This document shows, piece by piece, positions 7,960 through 18,302 of a stretch of 64,000 nt of DNA. Numbering within the stretch: position 1 is the first letter of the stretch; the number at the start of each line of letters is the position of its first letter. Both the position numbers and the translations under genes were made by a program. The notes under the pieces were generated by a model, which was not told the DNA's origin, made no database searches, and saw only the letters and a list, made by a program, of their open reading frames with translations. Source of the DNA: an uncultured Planctomycetales bacterium (lineage in GTDB: Bacteria; Omnitrophota; Gorgyraeia; Zapsychrales; Fredricksoniimonadaceae); assembly GCA_964583975.1 (NCBI GenBank), contig CAZOXU010000004.1, positions 70,100 to 134,099 of the forward strand. Direction: 5' to 3'.

Positions 7960-9825
7960 CTAACGCAAGATATTGTTTAAGACATTGTTGATAAGTTTTT
8001 TGGAAGATTCTTCTTGAGTAGTCTGAGGATCCGAAGTGTTGGATTGAGGCATTTCTGATTGACTTTCCTTGCCTCCTCCTAAAACAGCATTTAAAATATT
8101 CTTAACCTCAGGATTTTTATCTAAAACTTTCTCTAACTGATTAACACCTTCGGCCACAGCAACTTTACGGGTTATATAATCGACATGGGGTCTGTACTGA
8201 ATGGCTGGCACCTTACCTGAAACTTTACCAGGAATATATAAACGATTTTGCCCATCTAACATACCTTGCAATTGCCTTACAGACTTAACTAAATCCTCAG
8301 AGACATCAGGGGCTAAATAAGCATCAACAGCAATACTTGTTACTAAATTAAAATCTACAGTTCCCTTAGCAGCTACAGAAAAGAGTTGTGATTCAACCTG
8401 GGCATCATTAATAGAAACCACCTTATTAAGCACATTGATATTAGATTGAACCTTATCTAAAACAGTCGTCTCACTCGAAAGTTTGGCTTTAACTTTCTCG
8501 GATAAATTAGATTCGATCTGGTTCGAAAGGCCAGGAATGAAACTCAATTTATCCAAAATGGTTTTAAAAAGATTAAATTTCTCAATCTTCGCCCCTGTCA
8601 GAGCTATACGTCCATTACCTTTAAGATTATTCATCATTAATTCCGGCTCAAAACCTTCGCCTGTACCTGTAAAATCCACCGCTATGAGCCCCAATAATTG
8701 AGCGGGCCAGGCGGTTTCATCCAATAAATCTTGTATCTTTAAAGCCTTTGTCTGCAATTGAAAATCATATTTAGGTACGGCCAATAAAGATTTTACTTGG
8801 GCTTTCAAATCTATTTCTCCTGTTCCTACCTGCGCATGAAAATTCTTGACCAATAAATTATTCAAATCAGCATTGGCCTGAATATTTATGTGATCCACCG
8901 CATTGAGAAGCTCTTTAAACTTAAGATAACCCTCATTTAACGTTATATCGATAGATAAACCTTCTAAACCTTTCGAAGAAACATTAACTGTTGGCGCATT
9001 AACAACAATATTACCTTTAATCTCTTGAGGCCACATAGGAATGTTCTTGAACGCTGGCGTAACAGTCTTTAATTTATTCCAATCCCATTGGCTAAGATCT
9101 GTCTTAATTTGAAAACTTGTGACATCAGCACCTAATCGATTTAAATCCAAATTACAACCACCGGTCATATGAATATTAGTTTCTTTTTTGCTCCAAAGAT
9201 TAATATCAATCACAAAATCAAAAGCATCACTTAAGGAGAAATTATTAATTCTTGCTTGAATATCTTCAATAATCACCTTGATCGGCATCTTTGGATTCTG
9301 ATCTTCAAAAGACAGGCTAGCATGTTCTACAGAAATTAATTTAACCTTTACAACCGGAAGATCTATCTTATCTTTCTGCACAGGCTCTGATACGGCAGGT
9401 GCTTGAGTTACGCCTTCTTGAGGCGATGCTACAGAAGAAATAGTCTCGTTTTTATTTTGTATAGAGGAGTTTTGAATCACAGAAATCTTGGGAGATACTA
9501 CAATCACATCAACAACACGGATTTCTTTGTGCAATAAAGGCAAAAGTTCCAAATGTAGTTTAACTAAACCTACGGCTAAACGCAGATCTTGCGAAGCTTC
9601 CCCTAGACTCACATCTTTTAATTTTAAAGATAGGCCTTTGAAAAGATTAAGATCCAAATCAGCATGGCTGATTTGCACCTTACGTTTGGCCACTTGACTT
9701 ATTTGTTGTGTAATTGTTGGTAGGTACTTATTAACATCGAAAGTTTTAATAAAAATATAAAGCCCTAAAGCACCGACAAGAATTAAACCCAGAATTGAGA
9801 ATACAACAATCTTTAGAATTTTCAT
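7960..9825 (-). CDS. AsmA family outer-membrane assembly protein
   Basis: An N-terminal TM anchor is followed by an AsmA-type N-terminal region (...QISHADLDLNLFKGLSLKLKDVSL) and a long beta-rich periplasmic body. Confidence 0.75.
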   Translation of the reverse strand: MKILKIVVFSILGLILVGALGLYIFIKTFDVNKYLPTITQQISQVAKRKVQISHADLDLNLFKGLSLKLKDVSLGEASQDLRLAVGLVKLHLELLPLLHKEIRVVDVIVVSPKISVIQNSSIQNKNETISSVASPQEGVTQAPAVSEPVQKDKIDLPVVKVKLISVEHASLSFEDQNPKMPIKVIIEDIQARINNFSLSDAFDFVIDINLWSKKETNIHMTGGCNLDLNRLGADVTSFQIKTDLSQWDWNKLKTVTPAFKNIPMWPQEIKGNIVVNAPTVNVSSKGLEGLSIDITLNEGYLKFKELLNAVDHINIQANADLNNLLVKNFHAQVGTGEIDLKAQVKSLLAVPKYDFQLQTKALKIQDLLDETAWPAQLLGLIAVDFTGTGEGFEPELMMNNLKGNGRIALTGAKIEKFNLFKTILDKLSFIPGLSNQIESNLSEKVKAKLSSETTVLDKVQSNINVLNKVVSINDAQVESQLFSVAAKGTVDFNLVTSIAVDAYLAPDVSEDLVKSVRQLQGMLDGQNRLYIPGKVSGKVPAIQYRPHVDYITRKVAVAEGVNQLEKVLDKNPEVKNILNAVLGGGKESQSEMPQSNTSDPQTTQEESSKKLINNVLNNILR

Positions 9826-9834
9826 GAAAATTAA

Positions 9835-10107
9835 TCACCTATTTCTTTGATCCCTTAGTCTTTGCATTTGATCTTTAAGACGTTCATTGAGCTCTCTAAC
9901 ATCTTCCTTTGTATCTCTTATTTTCTCAGAATCCATCATTCTATCCCGCCTTAAATCCTTCATTGTGCCTTTATAAGTATCTTCATTTTCACTGACACCT
10001 GATGATTTAAAAAACATCCCAAACCAAGAACCTTCACCTTGGGCCAGTTTACCAAAAATAGCAGCCAAAAGAGCAACTATAAATATACCTATAAATATAA
10101 TACGCAC
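9835..10107 (-). CDS. Hypothetical small membrane protein with charged coiled-coil tail
   Basis: It has an N-terminal hydrophobic helix and an R/D/E-rich C-terminus. It abuts asmA with a 9-nt gap in the same operon. Confidence 0.4.
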   Translation of the reverse strand: MRIIFIGIFIVALLAAIFGKLAQGEGSWFGMFFKSSGVSENEDTYKGTMKDLRRDRMMDSEKIRDTKEDVRELNERLKDQMQRLRDQRNR

Positions 10108-10122
10108 AAAACCTCCTGTTTA

Positions 10123-12162
10123 TTACAGCAACTGTTTCTCTAATATCTCTAGACTCTCTGTAGGTTGCTGACAGACATTGCCTTGACAAACATATGCCTT
10201 ACTTTTTCCTTTAGATAAATGAAACATTATCGATTTATTAGGAATATAGTGTTTATACACTACTCTTTTCATTTGATCAAGCCTTGAATCGTTAATAGAG
10301 CCTTCCAATGTAATATTTAAAGTAGGTCCATAATAAAAATCCAACATAGATAAAATAAAGGTATAGGCTGAAGGGCTTTTTTCAATCAAAGAAGAGAATA
10401 TTTTCATAATACCTTCAAAAGATTTAATCCATCGAGGGTCAGAATCAATGTGATGCAATCTCATCACAACAGCAGCTGCTACTGAATTTCCTGAAGGAAT
10501 AGCTCCATCGTAAATATCTTTAGGATTCGCAATAAGCTTCTTTGAATCTTGAGGCGTCAAATAAAATCCTCCTTTTTCTGTATCCTCAAACAAGTCGAGC
10601 ATTCGCTTAGCCAAGCCTTTTGCATGGTTTAAATATTTCTCATCAAAACTTGCTTCATAAAGATCTAGCAAGCCATTGATCAAAAATGCATAATCATCAA
10701 GCATACCTTCAATCCCTGCCTCGCTCTCGCGCCAGCGATGGTAAAGCTTATCTGAGGATTGTAGATGATTGAGAATAAAATCCGCAGCTTTTCGAGCGAC
10801 TGTTATGTAGGATGCTTCATTAAGAACACAACCTGCTAGCGCGAAAGCCCCTATCATTAAACCATTCCAGTCGGTTAAAATTTTATCATCAAGATGAGGA
10901 CGCACCCGCGTATTACGCAGATCAAAAAGCTGTTGCTTAGCCTTCTCTAACATTTGCTCTATGGAAAGAGGATCTTGATTAAACTCTTGAGATGCTTCTT
11001 CGATCGTATGAGCTTGGTATAAAATATTCTTATTTATAAACTCCCCGTGAGGATCAGAACGAGCATTCCCTTGAGGCTTGACTCCATAAACATAGTTAAA
11101 AATCTTGGCAGTCTCTTGACCCAAAACCTGCTTAATCTCATCTTCTGACCAAATGTAAAATGCCCCTTCACTTTTATGATCTGACCCTGCAACCAAACTA
11201 TCAGCATCTTCGGCGCTATAAAACCCTCCCTGAGCATCTTGCATATCCCTTACAACATAATCCAAAGTATTTTTAGCAATCCAAGCGTATTCTTTATTAC
11301 CTGTTACCTGATACGCTTCTAAGTAAGCTTTAATCAATAAAGCCTGATCATAAAGCATTTTCTCAAAATGTGGAACGTGCCAATAAGCATCCGTAGAATA
11401 ACGATGAAAACCGCCACCTATCAAATCATTAATACCACCCCTGGACATGGCCATCAAACTAGCTTCAGCCATGGCTAAAGAACCTTGATCTTTGTAACGT
11501 TGATGACATCGTAATAAAAATGATATTTGATGACCCATAGGAAATTTAGGAGCACTACCAAATCCCCCATTATTACGATCAAACTGCATGGATATCTGTT
11601 GCTGTGTTCTTTGCAATAATCCAACATCAGGCACTTGGGATGCCACCACTGCTTTTTGGGCTTGCTCATTTAATAATTGTGTAATTTGATCACTTGAAGA
11701 AAGAATATTCTCTCTTTGCTGTTCCCATCCTTGGGCTACGGAATTAAGTACATCAACAAAGCCCGGTGAACCCCATTTAGCATACGGAGGAAAATATGTT
11801 CCTGCATAAAAAGGCTTAGCCTCAGGGGTCAGAAAAACAGTCATTGGCCATCCACCCTGACCTGTCAACATAGTCGTCACAGACATATAAATATGATCCA
11901 AGTCAGGTCGCTCTTCTCTGTCTACTTTGATTGCTACAAAATGTTGGTTAATAATTTTAGCAATATCGACATCTTCAAAACTTTCATGGGCCATGACATG
12001 ACACCAGTGACAAGTCGAATACCCTATGGAAAGTAAAACAGGCTTTTGTTGGGTTTTAGCTTTCTGAAAAGCTTCTTCACCCCATGGATACCAATCTACA
12101 GGATTATTCAGATGCTGAAGCAGATAGGGGCTTTTTTGGCCAACTAGGTGATTAGAAGACAT
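10123..12162 (-). CDS. Thioredoxin-domain protein of the YyaL/DUF255 family (N-terminal thioredoxin fold plus six-hairpin glycosidase-like domain)
   Basis: The N-terminal motif is typical of this family ([47 protein letters not shown]). Confidence 0.85.
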   Translation of the reverse strand: MSSNHLVGQKSPYLLQHLNNPVDWYPWGEEAFQKAKTQQKPVLLSIGYSTCHWCHVMAHESFEDVDIAKIINQHFVAIKVDREERPDLDHIYMSVTTMLTGQGGWPMTVFLTPEAKPFYAGTYFPPYAKWGSPGFVDVLNSVAQGWEQQRENILSSSDQITQLLNEQAQKAVVASQVPDVGLLQRTQQQISMQFDRNNGGFGSAPKFPMGHQISFLLRCHQRYKDQGSLAMAEASLMAMSRGGINDLIGGGFHRYSTDAYWHVPHFEKMLYDQALLIKAYLEAYQVTGNKEYAWIAKNTLDYVVRDMQDAQGGFYSAEDADSLVAGSDHKSEGAFYIWSEDEIKQVLGQETAKIFNYVYGVKPQGNARSDPHGEFINKNILYQAHTIEEASQEFNQDPLSIEQMLEKAKQQLFDLRNTRVRPHLDDKILTDWNGLMIGAFALAGCVLNEASYITVARKAADFILNHLQSSDKLYHRWRESEAGIEGMLDDYAFLINGLLDLYEASFDEKYLNHAKGLAKRMLDLFEDTEKGGFYLTPQDSKKLIANPKDIYDGAIPSGNSVAAAVVMRLHHIDSDPRWIKSFEGIMKIFSSLIEKSPSAYTFILSMLDFYYGPTLNITLEGSINDSRLDQMKRVVYKHYIPNKSIMFHLSKGKSKAYVCQGNVCQQPTESLEILEKQLL

Positions 12163-15100
12163 CTATTTAGAGGTGGAATCAAACAGGTCCAAAGTTTTTG
12201 CTACTTGGTCTTTTCGATCAGGCGTTGAAACCTTCGAAGAATCTACAGCCGTAGAAGATAAATTCTTTTTCATAACTAAAGAATTTTGAGCTAATTGATC
12301 AATCTTGACCTTTAATTTATTCAAATAGTCATCTGTCTTTTTATAATTAGGCATTAAATCTGCAACATCAGAGAATTTTTGGGCTGCGGCTGGATAATGA
12401 CCAGATTTATAAAGTTTAACAGCCTGGGCATACATATCCTCAACACCATTGGCCAGCTGTTGACGAATTGCTTTTCGTTCATTTTCAAGATTTTGTTGAC
12501 GCTCTTTGACTACCTTTGCCATTTCAATGCGTTCTTTTTCATGTTGTTCAACTAATTTATCAGACTTCATACGCTCTAAACGTTGTTTTTCTTTTTCCTC
12601 GGCTTCTTGCCGTCTGCGTTCCATTTCCTTAAGACGTTCTTGCTCTTTTTGTTTGCGTAACTCTTCAAATCGCTTATCTTCTTTTTCTCTTTGTTCTTCT
12701 AATTCTTTCCTAATCTTTTCTTGCTCTTGCTCTTTTTGCTTATTTAATTCTTCCAAATGTTTATTTTCTTTCTCTTTTTGTTCTTCCAAGGCTTGTTTTT
12801 GTTTTGCCTTTTCCTCTTCTTTTTGTTTACGTAAATCTTCTATTCTTTTATGCTCTTGCTCTTTTTTCTCTTCAATAGCTTGACGACGCTTAGCTCGTTC
12901 TTCTTCTTTTTGTTTACGTAAATCTTCAATCCTCTTACGTTCTGCTTCTTTTTTTTCTTGTGCAGTTTGTTTTTGTTTCTCTTTTTCCTGCTCTTTTTGT
13001 TTTTGTAAATCTTCTTTAGGAGGTTCTATAGGAGTAGGCTTTACTAATGGGGTTTCTTGAGTTAAAGGATTCTCAGGAATATGTTTTATATTAACTTTCG
13101 GATCAACCTGAGCAGCAGCACGTTCCTGCTGAGCTTGCTCTTCTGAGACAGGCTTTACCTTCCTAAAATGATATACTTGATCTTTTTGACGGGCTTGTTC
13201 TTCAGCCTGACGGCGTTTATTTTCGATACGTTGATGTCGTCTTTCTTCCAATCTCAAAGATTCGGACCTACGACGTTCTTCTTGTTGCTGTTGCTCTAAC
13301 AAAAGCCGTTGTCTTTCTAACCCTTGGGTTAAATTTCTTTGCCGTTGTTGTTCTTTGACCCCCAGAACATCAGAAAGGCGTTGCTGGCGTAATCTTTCAG
13401 CCAAATAATTCTTACGTTCACGCTCATCTTCCTTCTTGGCCTTTACAAAGCTTTCTTCGATAAGTCGATCGATCTTTCGTAAATATCCTAATGCTCTATC
13501 GTCACCTTGAGAGGCTAACTCTCCAAATATAATCTTTGCTTGATCATATTTCTTAGAATCATACAAATCAACAGCTTGTTGAAAAACACGTTCTTTTTGC
13601 TGTCTTAATTCCTTATCTTTGGAAGCTTGAACTTGCTTATCCATGATAGATTTTTGTTTTTGACGCTCTTTAATAACTTTGGCACTGTCATCGATAGTCC
13701 TGGCCTGTGAGCGTTTTTCATTTAAAATTTTCTGAGCTTCTTGTTTAATAATTCTTTGTTCATCTTTTTGGGAGTTTAACAAGGCTTCTTGTCCCCGCTC
13801 ATGAGCAAGCTTTTCTTTAACAACCTTTAAATCACTCAAAATACTCTCAAGATCTTTAAATTTATCTTTAGCAGCAAGATAGTTCTTAGCTTTTGTTAAG
13901 TTTAAAATTTCATCATTAACATTTGTTGCTTGCTGGGCCAAACTCATCAAGCGCTCTTGCAATTGGGCAATTCGTTCTTTTTTCTGATTCTCTTGTTGTT
14001 CTCTAAGTTTTCTTTCTTCCTCAATAGCTCTTTCTTTCTTAGCATCTTCTTCAACCCTTCGCTGATCTTCATCAATATGGGCCAAATAATTCGAGGTAGA
14101 CTTATACCCTGGTTGATTATTTTCTATCTCCAAAAATCTCTTTTTAGCTCCTTGAAAATCTTTATTCTTTAACATATTTAATGCTTCTTCATATGTTTGC
14201 TGAAGATACCCTAACCTTACTCTTTCTTTTTCTTTTAAGGCCTCTTGTTGACGACGACGTTCTTCTTCTTTAATTTGTCGCAAAACGTATTCTTTTTCCT
14301 TACGTAAATTATTTAAAATACCATCAACCTTAGCTAATTTGTTTTTGGCTGCAATGGTATCTTTATCATCGGCTAAGGTAGTGATTTCTTGATATAATTT
14401 TGAAGATTTTTCTGCTAATTCGCTTAAAAGCTGCGCTTCATTTATTTGTTCTTCTCTAGATAAATTTGACTGTATTGGTGTCGCTGCAACAACCTCTGCA
14501 GGTTTAGGCTGAGGCTCAGCCTTATGTTGCTCTAATTGTTTTTGTTTGGACAATACTTCTTGTCTTTGAACTTCTTCTTGGCGCCTTTTGACCTCTTGTT
14601 CACGTTTCTGCTGTTGCTCCAATGCTTTTTGTTTTTCCCGTTCTTCGGCTTTCTTTTGTAATTCTTCTTTTCTTTTAGATTCTTCATCTTTTTTGCGTTG
14701 CAACTCAGCAGCTTTCTTTTGAGCTAGTTCTTCTTGCTTTTTAACTATTTCTTGCCGTCTCTTGGCTTCTTGCTCTTGTTTTTGTTGGCGCTCTAAAGCT
14801 TTTTGCTTTTCTCGTTCTTCAGCTTGTTTTTGCTTTTCTTCATTTAACTTCTTTGCTTCTTCTTGTTTACGTTGCTGATCTTGCTCGCGTTGTTTAACCA
14901 ATTCTTCGCTTTTCTTTTGAAGTGCTTCATCGCGGTCTATTCTTTCTAAATAATAATTAACCGATTTGTAGCCTGTTAACTGGCGATCCACTGATTGAAA
15001 TTTTTCGCGAGCTTGAACGTATTGCTTATCCTTAAATAAACTTAATGCCATACTATAGTCCGCCTCGACTCTAGCTAAAAATTCCTTTTTTTCTTGCTGT

Positions 15101-16377
15101 TGTTTACGGATTTCTTCTTGTTTTTGAACTTCAAATTGTTTTCTTCGTTCAAAATCAGCCTGTCGCTGTTGACGTTTTAATTCTTCGGTGCGAAGCCTAG
15201 ATTCAAAAGCTTCTCTTTCGGCAATCTGTTGGTCAATGGCATTAAGAAAGGTATGCGTCAACCTATAATTATCTGCCACTTTCTCAAGATTAAGAAACTC
15301 ATCTCTTGCTTCGGCATATTTCTTCTGACGGAATAACGCTAGGGCTTTTTTGTAGATTTCTTCAGCGGAAGGATTGTCTTGTTTTAAAACAGTTATATTT
15401 TCTTGATTCTGCGCTTCATCTAATTTAATTTTGCGTTCTAATTCCTGCTGGATTTTAGCATCTTGCTGTTGTTGAAAGGCTAATTTCTGTTCTCTATCAG
15501 CCTTTTCTTCTTTGAGTTGACGCTCCAAAGCCTTTTGGTTCTCTATATCTTGTATTTTTTGAGATCGTTCTTGTTGCTTTTGTAAGTCTTCTTGTTGTTT
15601 TCTAAATTGTTCTTCCTGCTTGTTTATATCCTCTTGTTGCTTCTTTCTTGCTTCTTGTTGGGCACGCTCTTGTTCTAACTGCTTTTTTAAAGCTAAATTT
15701 TCTTCTCTGAGCTGCTCTTGCTTTTGGAGCATTTTTTGCTTTTCTAACATCTGGGCTTCTTGAGCAAGGGCTTTATCAATAAGAACAAAATAATTAGAGG
15801 TGGATTTGTAATCGCCCACCAAATCTTCTATGTTTTTAAATAATTCTCTGGATTCAACAAATTTTCTTGCTTTATATAGTTCAACGGCTTTTTGATATTT
15901 TTTGTCTAATTCCTTTTGAAGGCCTTTCTGAATATTTTGTTCTTCAATTTGCTGTCTCTCTTTTTCTTTCTTTAAAGCAAGCTCTTGCTTTCTTAATCGT
16001 TCTTGAGATTTCTTGATGTTTTCCAGTAATTCGGAGCGTTCGGAAATACTAACAGCCTTATCAAAATAATATCGAGCTTGATCAAACTTTCCTTGGTCAG
16101 CCAAACGCAACCCCATATCGTAATATTCGTTAGCACGATCTTCTCTTATTTCCTGCTTTTTAGCCATTGAATCAGCCCTGATCTTATCATTTAGTTTTTT
16201 GATATTATCTTTGGATTCATTGATAAGACTTTTTAAAGTTTCTTGATAAGTGCTGCTGGGAGGTTCTTCGTAATCCGAACCATCTAACTGGTCAGAAGTT
16301 GCATCATAAGTAATAACAAAAGAAGAAGAAATAAATATTAGTGAAGTGATTAAAAAAAGTGGAAGAATTTTTCGCAT
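12163..16377 (-). CDS. Very large (1404 aa) secreted K/E/Q/R-rich coiled-coil protein with about 8 dispersed TPR-like 45-aa modules
   Basis: A signal peptide is present. The module (Y..A..L(Y/F)..KKY..A...F..........YK.T..YL..ID) recurs, separated by long charged heptad-like linkers. It abuts the yyaL gene with a 0-nt gap. Confidence 0.7.
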   Translation of the reverse strand: MRKILPLFLITSLIFISSSFVITYDATSDQLDGSDYEEPPSSTYQETLKSLINESKDNIKKLNDKIRADSMAKKQEIREDRANEYYDMGLRLADQGKFDQARYYFDKAVSISERSELLENIKKSQERLRKQELALKKEKERQQIEEQNIQKGLQKELDKKYQKAVELYKARKFVESRELFKNIEDLVGDYKSTSNYFVLIDKALAQEAQMLEKQKMLQKQEQLREENLALKKQLEQERAQQEARKKQQEDINKQEEQFRKQQEDLQKQQERSQKIQDIENQKALERQLKEEKADREQKLAFQQQQDAKIQQELERKIKLDEAQNQENITVLKQDNPSAEEIYKKALALFRQKKYAEARDEFLNLEKVADNYRLTHTFLNAIDQQIAEREAFESRLRTEELKRQQRQADFERRKQFEVQKQEEIRKQQQEKKEFLARVEADYSMALSLFKDKQYVQAREKFQSVDRQLTGYKSVNYYLERIDRDEALQKKSEELVKQREQDQQRKQEEAKKLNEEKQKQAEEREKQKALERQQKQEQEAKRRQEIVKKQEELAQKKAAELQRKKDEESKRKEELQKKAEEREKQKALEQQQKREQEVKRRQEEVQRQEVLSKQKQLEQHKAEPQPKPAEVVAATPIQSNLSREEQINEAQLLSELAEKSSKLYQEITTLADDKDTIAAKNKLAKVDGILNNLRKEKEYVLRQIKEEERRRQQEALKEKERVRLGYLQQTYEEALNMLKNKDFQGAKKRFLEIENNQPGYKSTSNYLAHIDEDQRRVEEDAKKERAIEEERKLREQQENQKKERIAQLQERLMSLAQQATNVNDEILNLTKAKNYLAAKDKFKDLESILSDLKVVKEKLAHERGQEALLNSQKDEQRIIKQEAQKILNEKRSQARTIDDSAKVIKERQKQKSIMDKQVQASKDKELRQQKERVFQQAVDLYDSKKYDQAKIIFGELASQGDDRALGYLRKIDRLIEESFVKAKKEDERERKNYLAERLRQQRLSDVLGVKEQQRQRNLTQGLERQRLLLEQQQQEERRRSESLRLEERRHQRIENKRRQAEEQARQKDQVYHFRKVKPVSEEQAQQERAAAQVDPKVNIKHIPENPLTQETPLVKPTPIEPPKEDLQKQKEQEKEKQKQTAQEKKEAERKRIEDLRKQKEEERAKRRQAIEEKKEQEHKRIEDLRKQKEEEKAKQKQALEEQKEKENKHLEELNKQKEQEQEKIRKELEEQREKEDKRFEELRKQKEQERLKEMERRRQEAEEKEKQRLERMKSDKLVEQHEKERIEMAKVVKERQQNLENERKAIRQQLANGVEDMYAQAVKLYKSGHYPAAAQKFSDVADLMPNYKKTDDYLNKLKVKIDQLAQNSLVMKKNLSSTAVDSSKVSTPDRKDQVAKTLDLFDSTSK
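12816..12960. repeat. Direct tandem DNA repeat (~88-nt period, 2+ copies) inside the coiled-coil gene
   Basis: An identical 25-mer (cttctttttgtttacgtaaatcttc) occurs at 12816 and 12904, with similar flanks. It encodes repeated ...RKQKEEE(R/K)AK... segments. Confidence 0.7.
14586..14860. repeat. Direct DNA repeat (~180-nt period, 2 copies, ~75% identical) inside the coiled-coil gene
   Basis: The segment 14610-14665 resembles 14790-14845. It encodes duplicated EEREKQKALE(R/Q)QQK(Q/R)EQE(A/V)KRRQE blocks. Confidence 0.6.
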
Positions 16378-16458
16378 TGGATAAATAAATCTTTAAATTT
16401 TTAATATTCTAGCATAGCTTAACCGAGCTCTTACACAAAATTTCATAAATTTATGCGC

Positions 16459-17532
16459 TCAAGAAGCTGCGTGAGGATTTTTATTTTGATCATAAATAAC
16501 TTGGATATCTTTTTCTATATCACAAAACGCATCTGCCACTTTGGGATTAAAATTCTTACCACTACAATTCCTAATTTCAGTCATAGCTTCTTGCATACTC
16601 CAAGCTTTCTTGTAAGGTCTAACGGATGTTAAAGCGTCAAAAACATCTGCCACAGAACAAATCTGCCCGATCAATGGAATATCTTCTCCCTTGAGTCCAT
16701 GAGGATATCCTTTGCCATCATAGCGTTCATGATGGGTCAAAGCAATTTCTTCAGCCATTTTCATAAACGGCGAATTACTACCTGAAAGGATTTTAGCTCC
16801 AATGGTAGTGTGCGTCTTGATTACTTCAAATTCACTGGGTTCAAGCTTGCCTGGTTTAAGCAAAATAGAATCTGGAATAGCGATCTTTCCAATATCATGT
16901 AAAGGTGATGTGTTTAAAATCATATCGGCCTGAGCTGGCGTAAAGCCAACCGCCAACGCAAGTTTTTGACTATAAAGACTCATACGGATAATGTGATCTC
17001 CCGTATCAGTATCTCGTAATTCTGCTGTATTAGCTAAACGACGGATGACATCTAGACGTGTTTGTTTTAATTCCGTTGTTCTTTCTTCAACTTGGGCTTC
17101 TAAAGACAAATTTTGACTTTTTATTTGCTTATACAAAAGTCTAACCTCAATGATGTTGCGACTACGTAAAACAACTTCGCTAGACTGATATGGTTTATGC
17201 AAAAAATCTTTAGCACCACAAGCTAAAGCTTTCAAGCGCGCGCTTTCTTCTTCAGCAGAAAGGATAAGAATTGGCAAATAATCATCCGCCGTGTTCTCGG
17301 CATTTAATTGGGCCATAACATCAAAACCCGTTACCCCAGGCATATTGATATCCAACAATAGCAGGTCAGGTTTCATTTCGTAATACATGTCTTTGGCTTT
17401 GGAAGATTCGGTGGTTATCGTGATATCAACAAAACCAGCTGAGGAAAGAATTTTTTTGAGCATTTGCAAACTAAGGAAATTATCATCAACAGCTAATATC
17501 TTGGCACTTAGAATTTTTTCTTCTGAAAGCAC
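16459..17532 (-). CDS. Response regulator with REC and HD-GYP (cyclic-di-GMP phosphodiesterase) domains
   Basis: REC (KILAVDD...LLLDINMPG) and HD-GYP motifs (HDIGKIAIP...HHERYDGKGYP) are present. The start is reassigned to GTG at 17532, with a perfect AAGGAGG 6 nt upstream immediately after the surE stop. Confidence 0.8.
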   Translation of the reverse strand: MLSEEKILSAKILAVDDNFLSLQMLKKILSSAGFVDITITTESSKAKDMYYEMKPDLLLLDINMPGVTGFDVMAQLNAENTADDYLPILILSAEEESARLKALACGAKDFLHKPYQSSEVVLRSRNIIEVRLLYKQIKSQNLSLEAQVEERTTELKQTRLDVIRRLANTAELRDTDTGDHIIRMSLYSQKLALAVGFTPAQADMILNTSPLHDIGKIAIPDSILLKPGKLEPSEFEVIKTHTTIGAKILSGSNSPFMKMAEEIALTHHERYDGKGYPHGLKGEDIPLIGQICSVADVFDALTSVRPYKKAWSMQEAMTEIRNCSGKNFNPKVADAFCDIEKDIQVIYDQNKNPHAAS

Positions 17533-17543
17533 TCTTGGCCTCC

Positions 17544-18302
17544 TTATTTTAATTTCCACTGACGAAGTTGATTTAAAAAAACTTCGTCGGTTAAATTGCA
17601 ATGCACAGGAGTTACTGTAACATATCCATTCTTTAATGCATAGGTATCAATTGAATTATTATTTACATGCAATGGATTCTTTGCTGACATCCAATAATAA
17701 GGTTTATCGTGAGGACTTACTCTTTTTTGGAATATTCCATGAATAGGATCTATACCCTGTTCGGTAGCCAAAATTCCTTTAATCTTTCCCTGAGGCACGT
17801 TGACGTTTAGAAATGTCCCTTTGGTCAATTTGTTTTTATAAACAAGTTTAGCTAATTTAGCACCCACTTTGGCTGCTTGGGTAAAATTGGGATTATCAAA
17901 AGAATCTAACGATATGGCTATAGAATCAATACCATTAAGTGTTCCTTCTCTAGCACCTGCCACCGTGCCAGAATAAAAAACACTACAACCATCGTTATTT
18001 CCAAAATTAATTCCAGAAACCACTAAATCAGGTTTCTTCTTTTTATAAATGACATCTACAGCAAATTTAACACAATCGGCAGGCTTACCGCTAACAGCAA
18101 ATCCGTGGAATTTATTTTGAGGGGAAACTTTATGAACAAAAAGAGGATTAAAAAGAGTAATTCCATGCCCTACTGAACTTTGCTCATCTTTTGGAGCAAC
18201 AACGGTCACATCCGCAAATTTCGAGAGCTCTTTATAAATAGCATGCAGTCCAGGAGCAAAGATGCCATCATCATTAGTTAGAAGAATTTTCATAAGAGCC
18301 AT
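17544..18302 (-). CDS. surE: 5'/3'-nucleotidase SurE
   Basis: The N-terminal signature KILLTNDDGIFAPGL is present. The start overlaps the cysNC stop by 1 nt; an alternative ATG at 18293 is possible. Confidence 0.85.
   Translation of the reverse strand: MALMKILLTNDDGIFAPGLHAIYKELSKFADVTVVAPKDEQSSVGHGITLFNPLFVHKVSPQNKFHGFAVSGKPADCVKFAVDVIYKKKKPDLVVSGINFGNNDGCSVFYSGTVAGAREGTLNGIDSIAISLDSFDNPNFTQAAKVGAKLAKLVYKNKLTKGTFLNVNVPQGKIKGILATEQGIDPIHGIFQKRVSPHDKPYYWMSAKNPLHVNNNSIDTYALKNGYVTVTPVHCNLTDEVFLNQLRQWKLK

Noticed and set aside
12506-14172. Plus-strand ORFs 12506-12883 and 13930-14172 (Ser/Cys/Phe-rich, low complexity) inside the giant coiled-coil gene
   Set aside because: They are antisense shadow ORFs created by the repetitive AAG/GAA-rich coding sequence on the minus strand. 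They have no ribosome-binding site and low-complexity composition.
12700-14900. Possible CRISPR-like repeat array
   Set aside because: The repeats are imperfect, in-frame and protein-coding (K/E/Q repeats of the coiled-coil protein). They have no unique spacers of uniform length and no cas genes.
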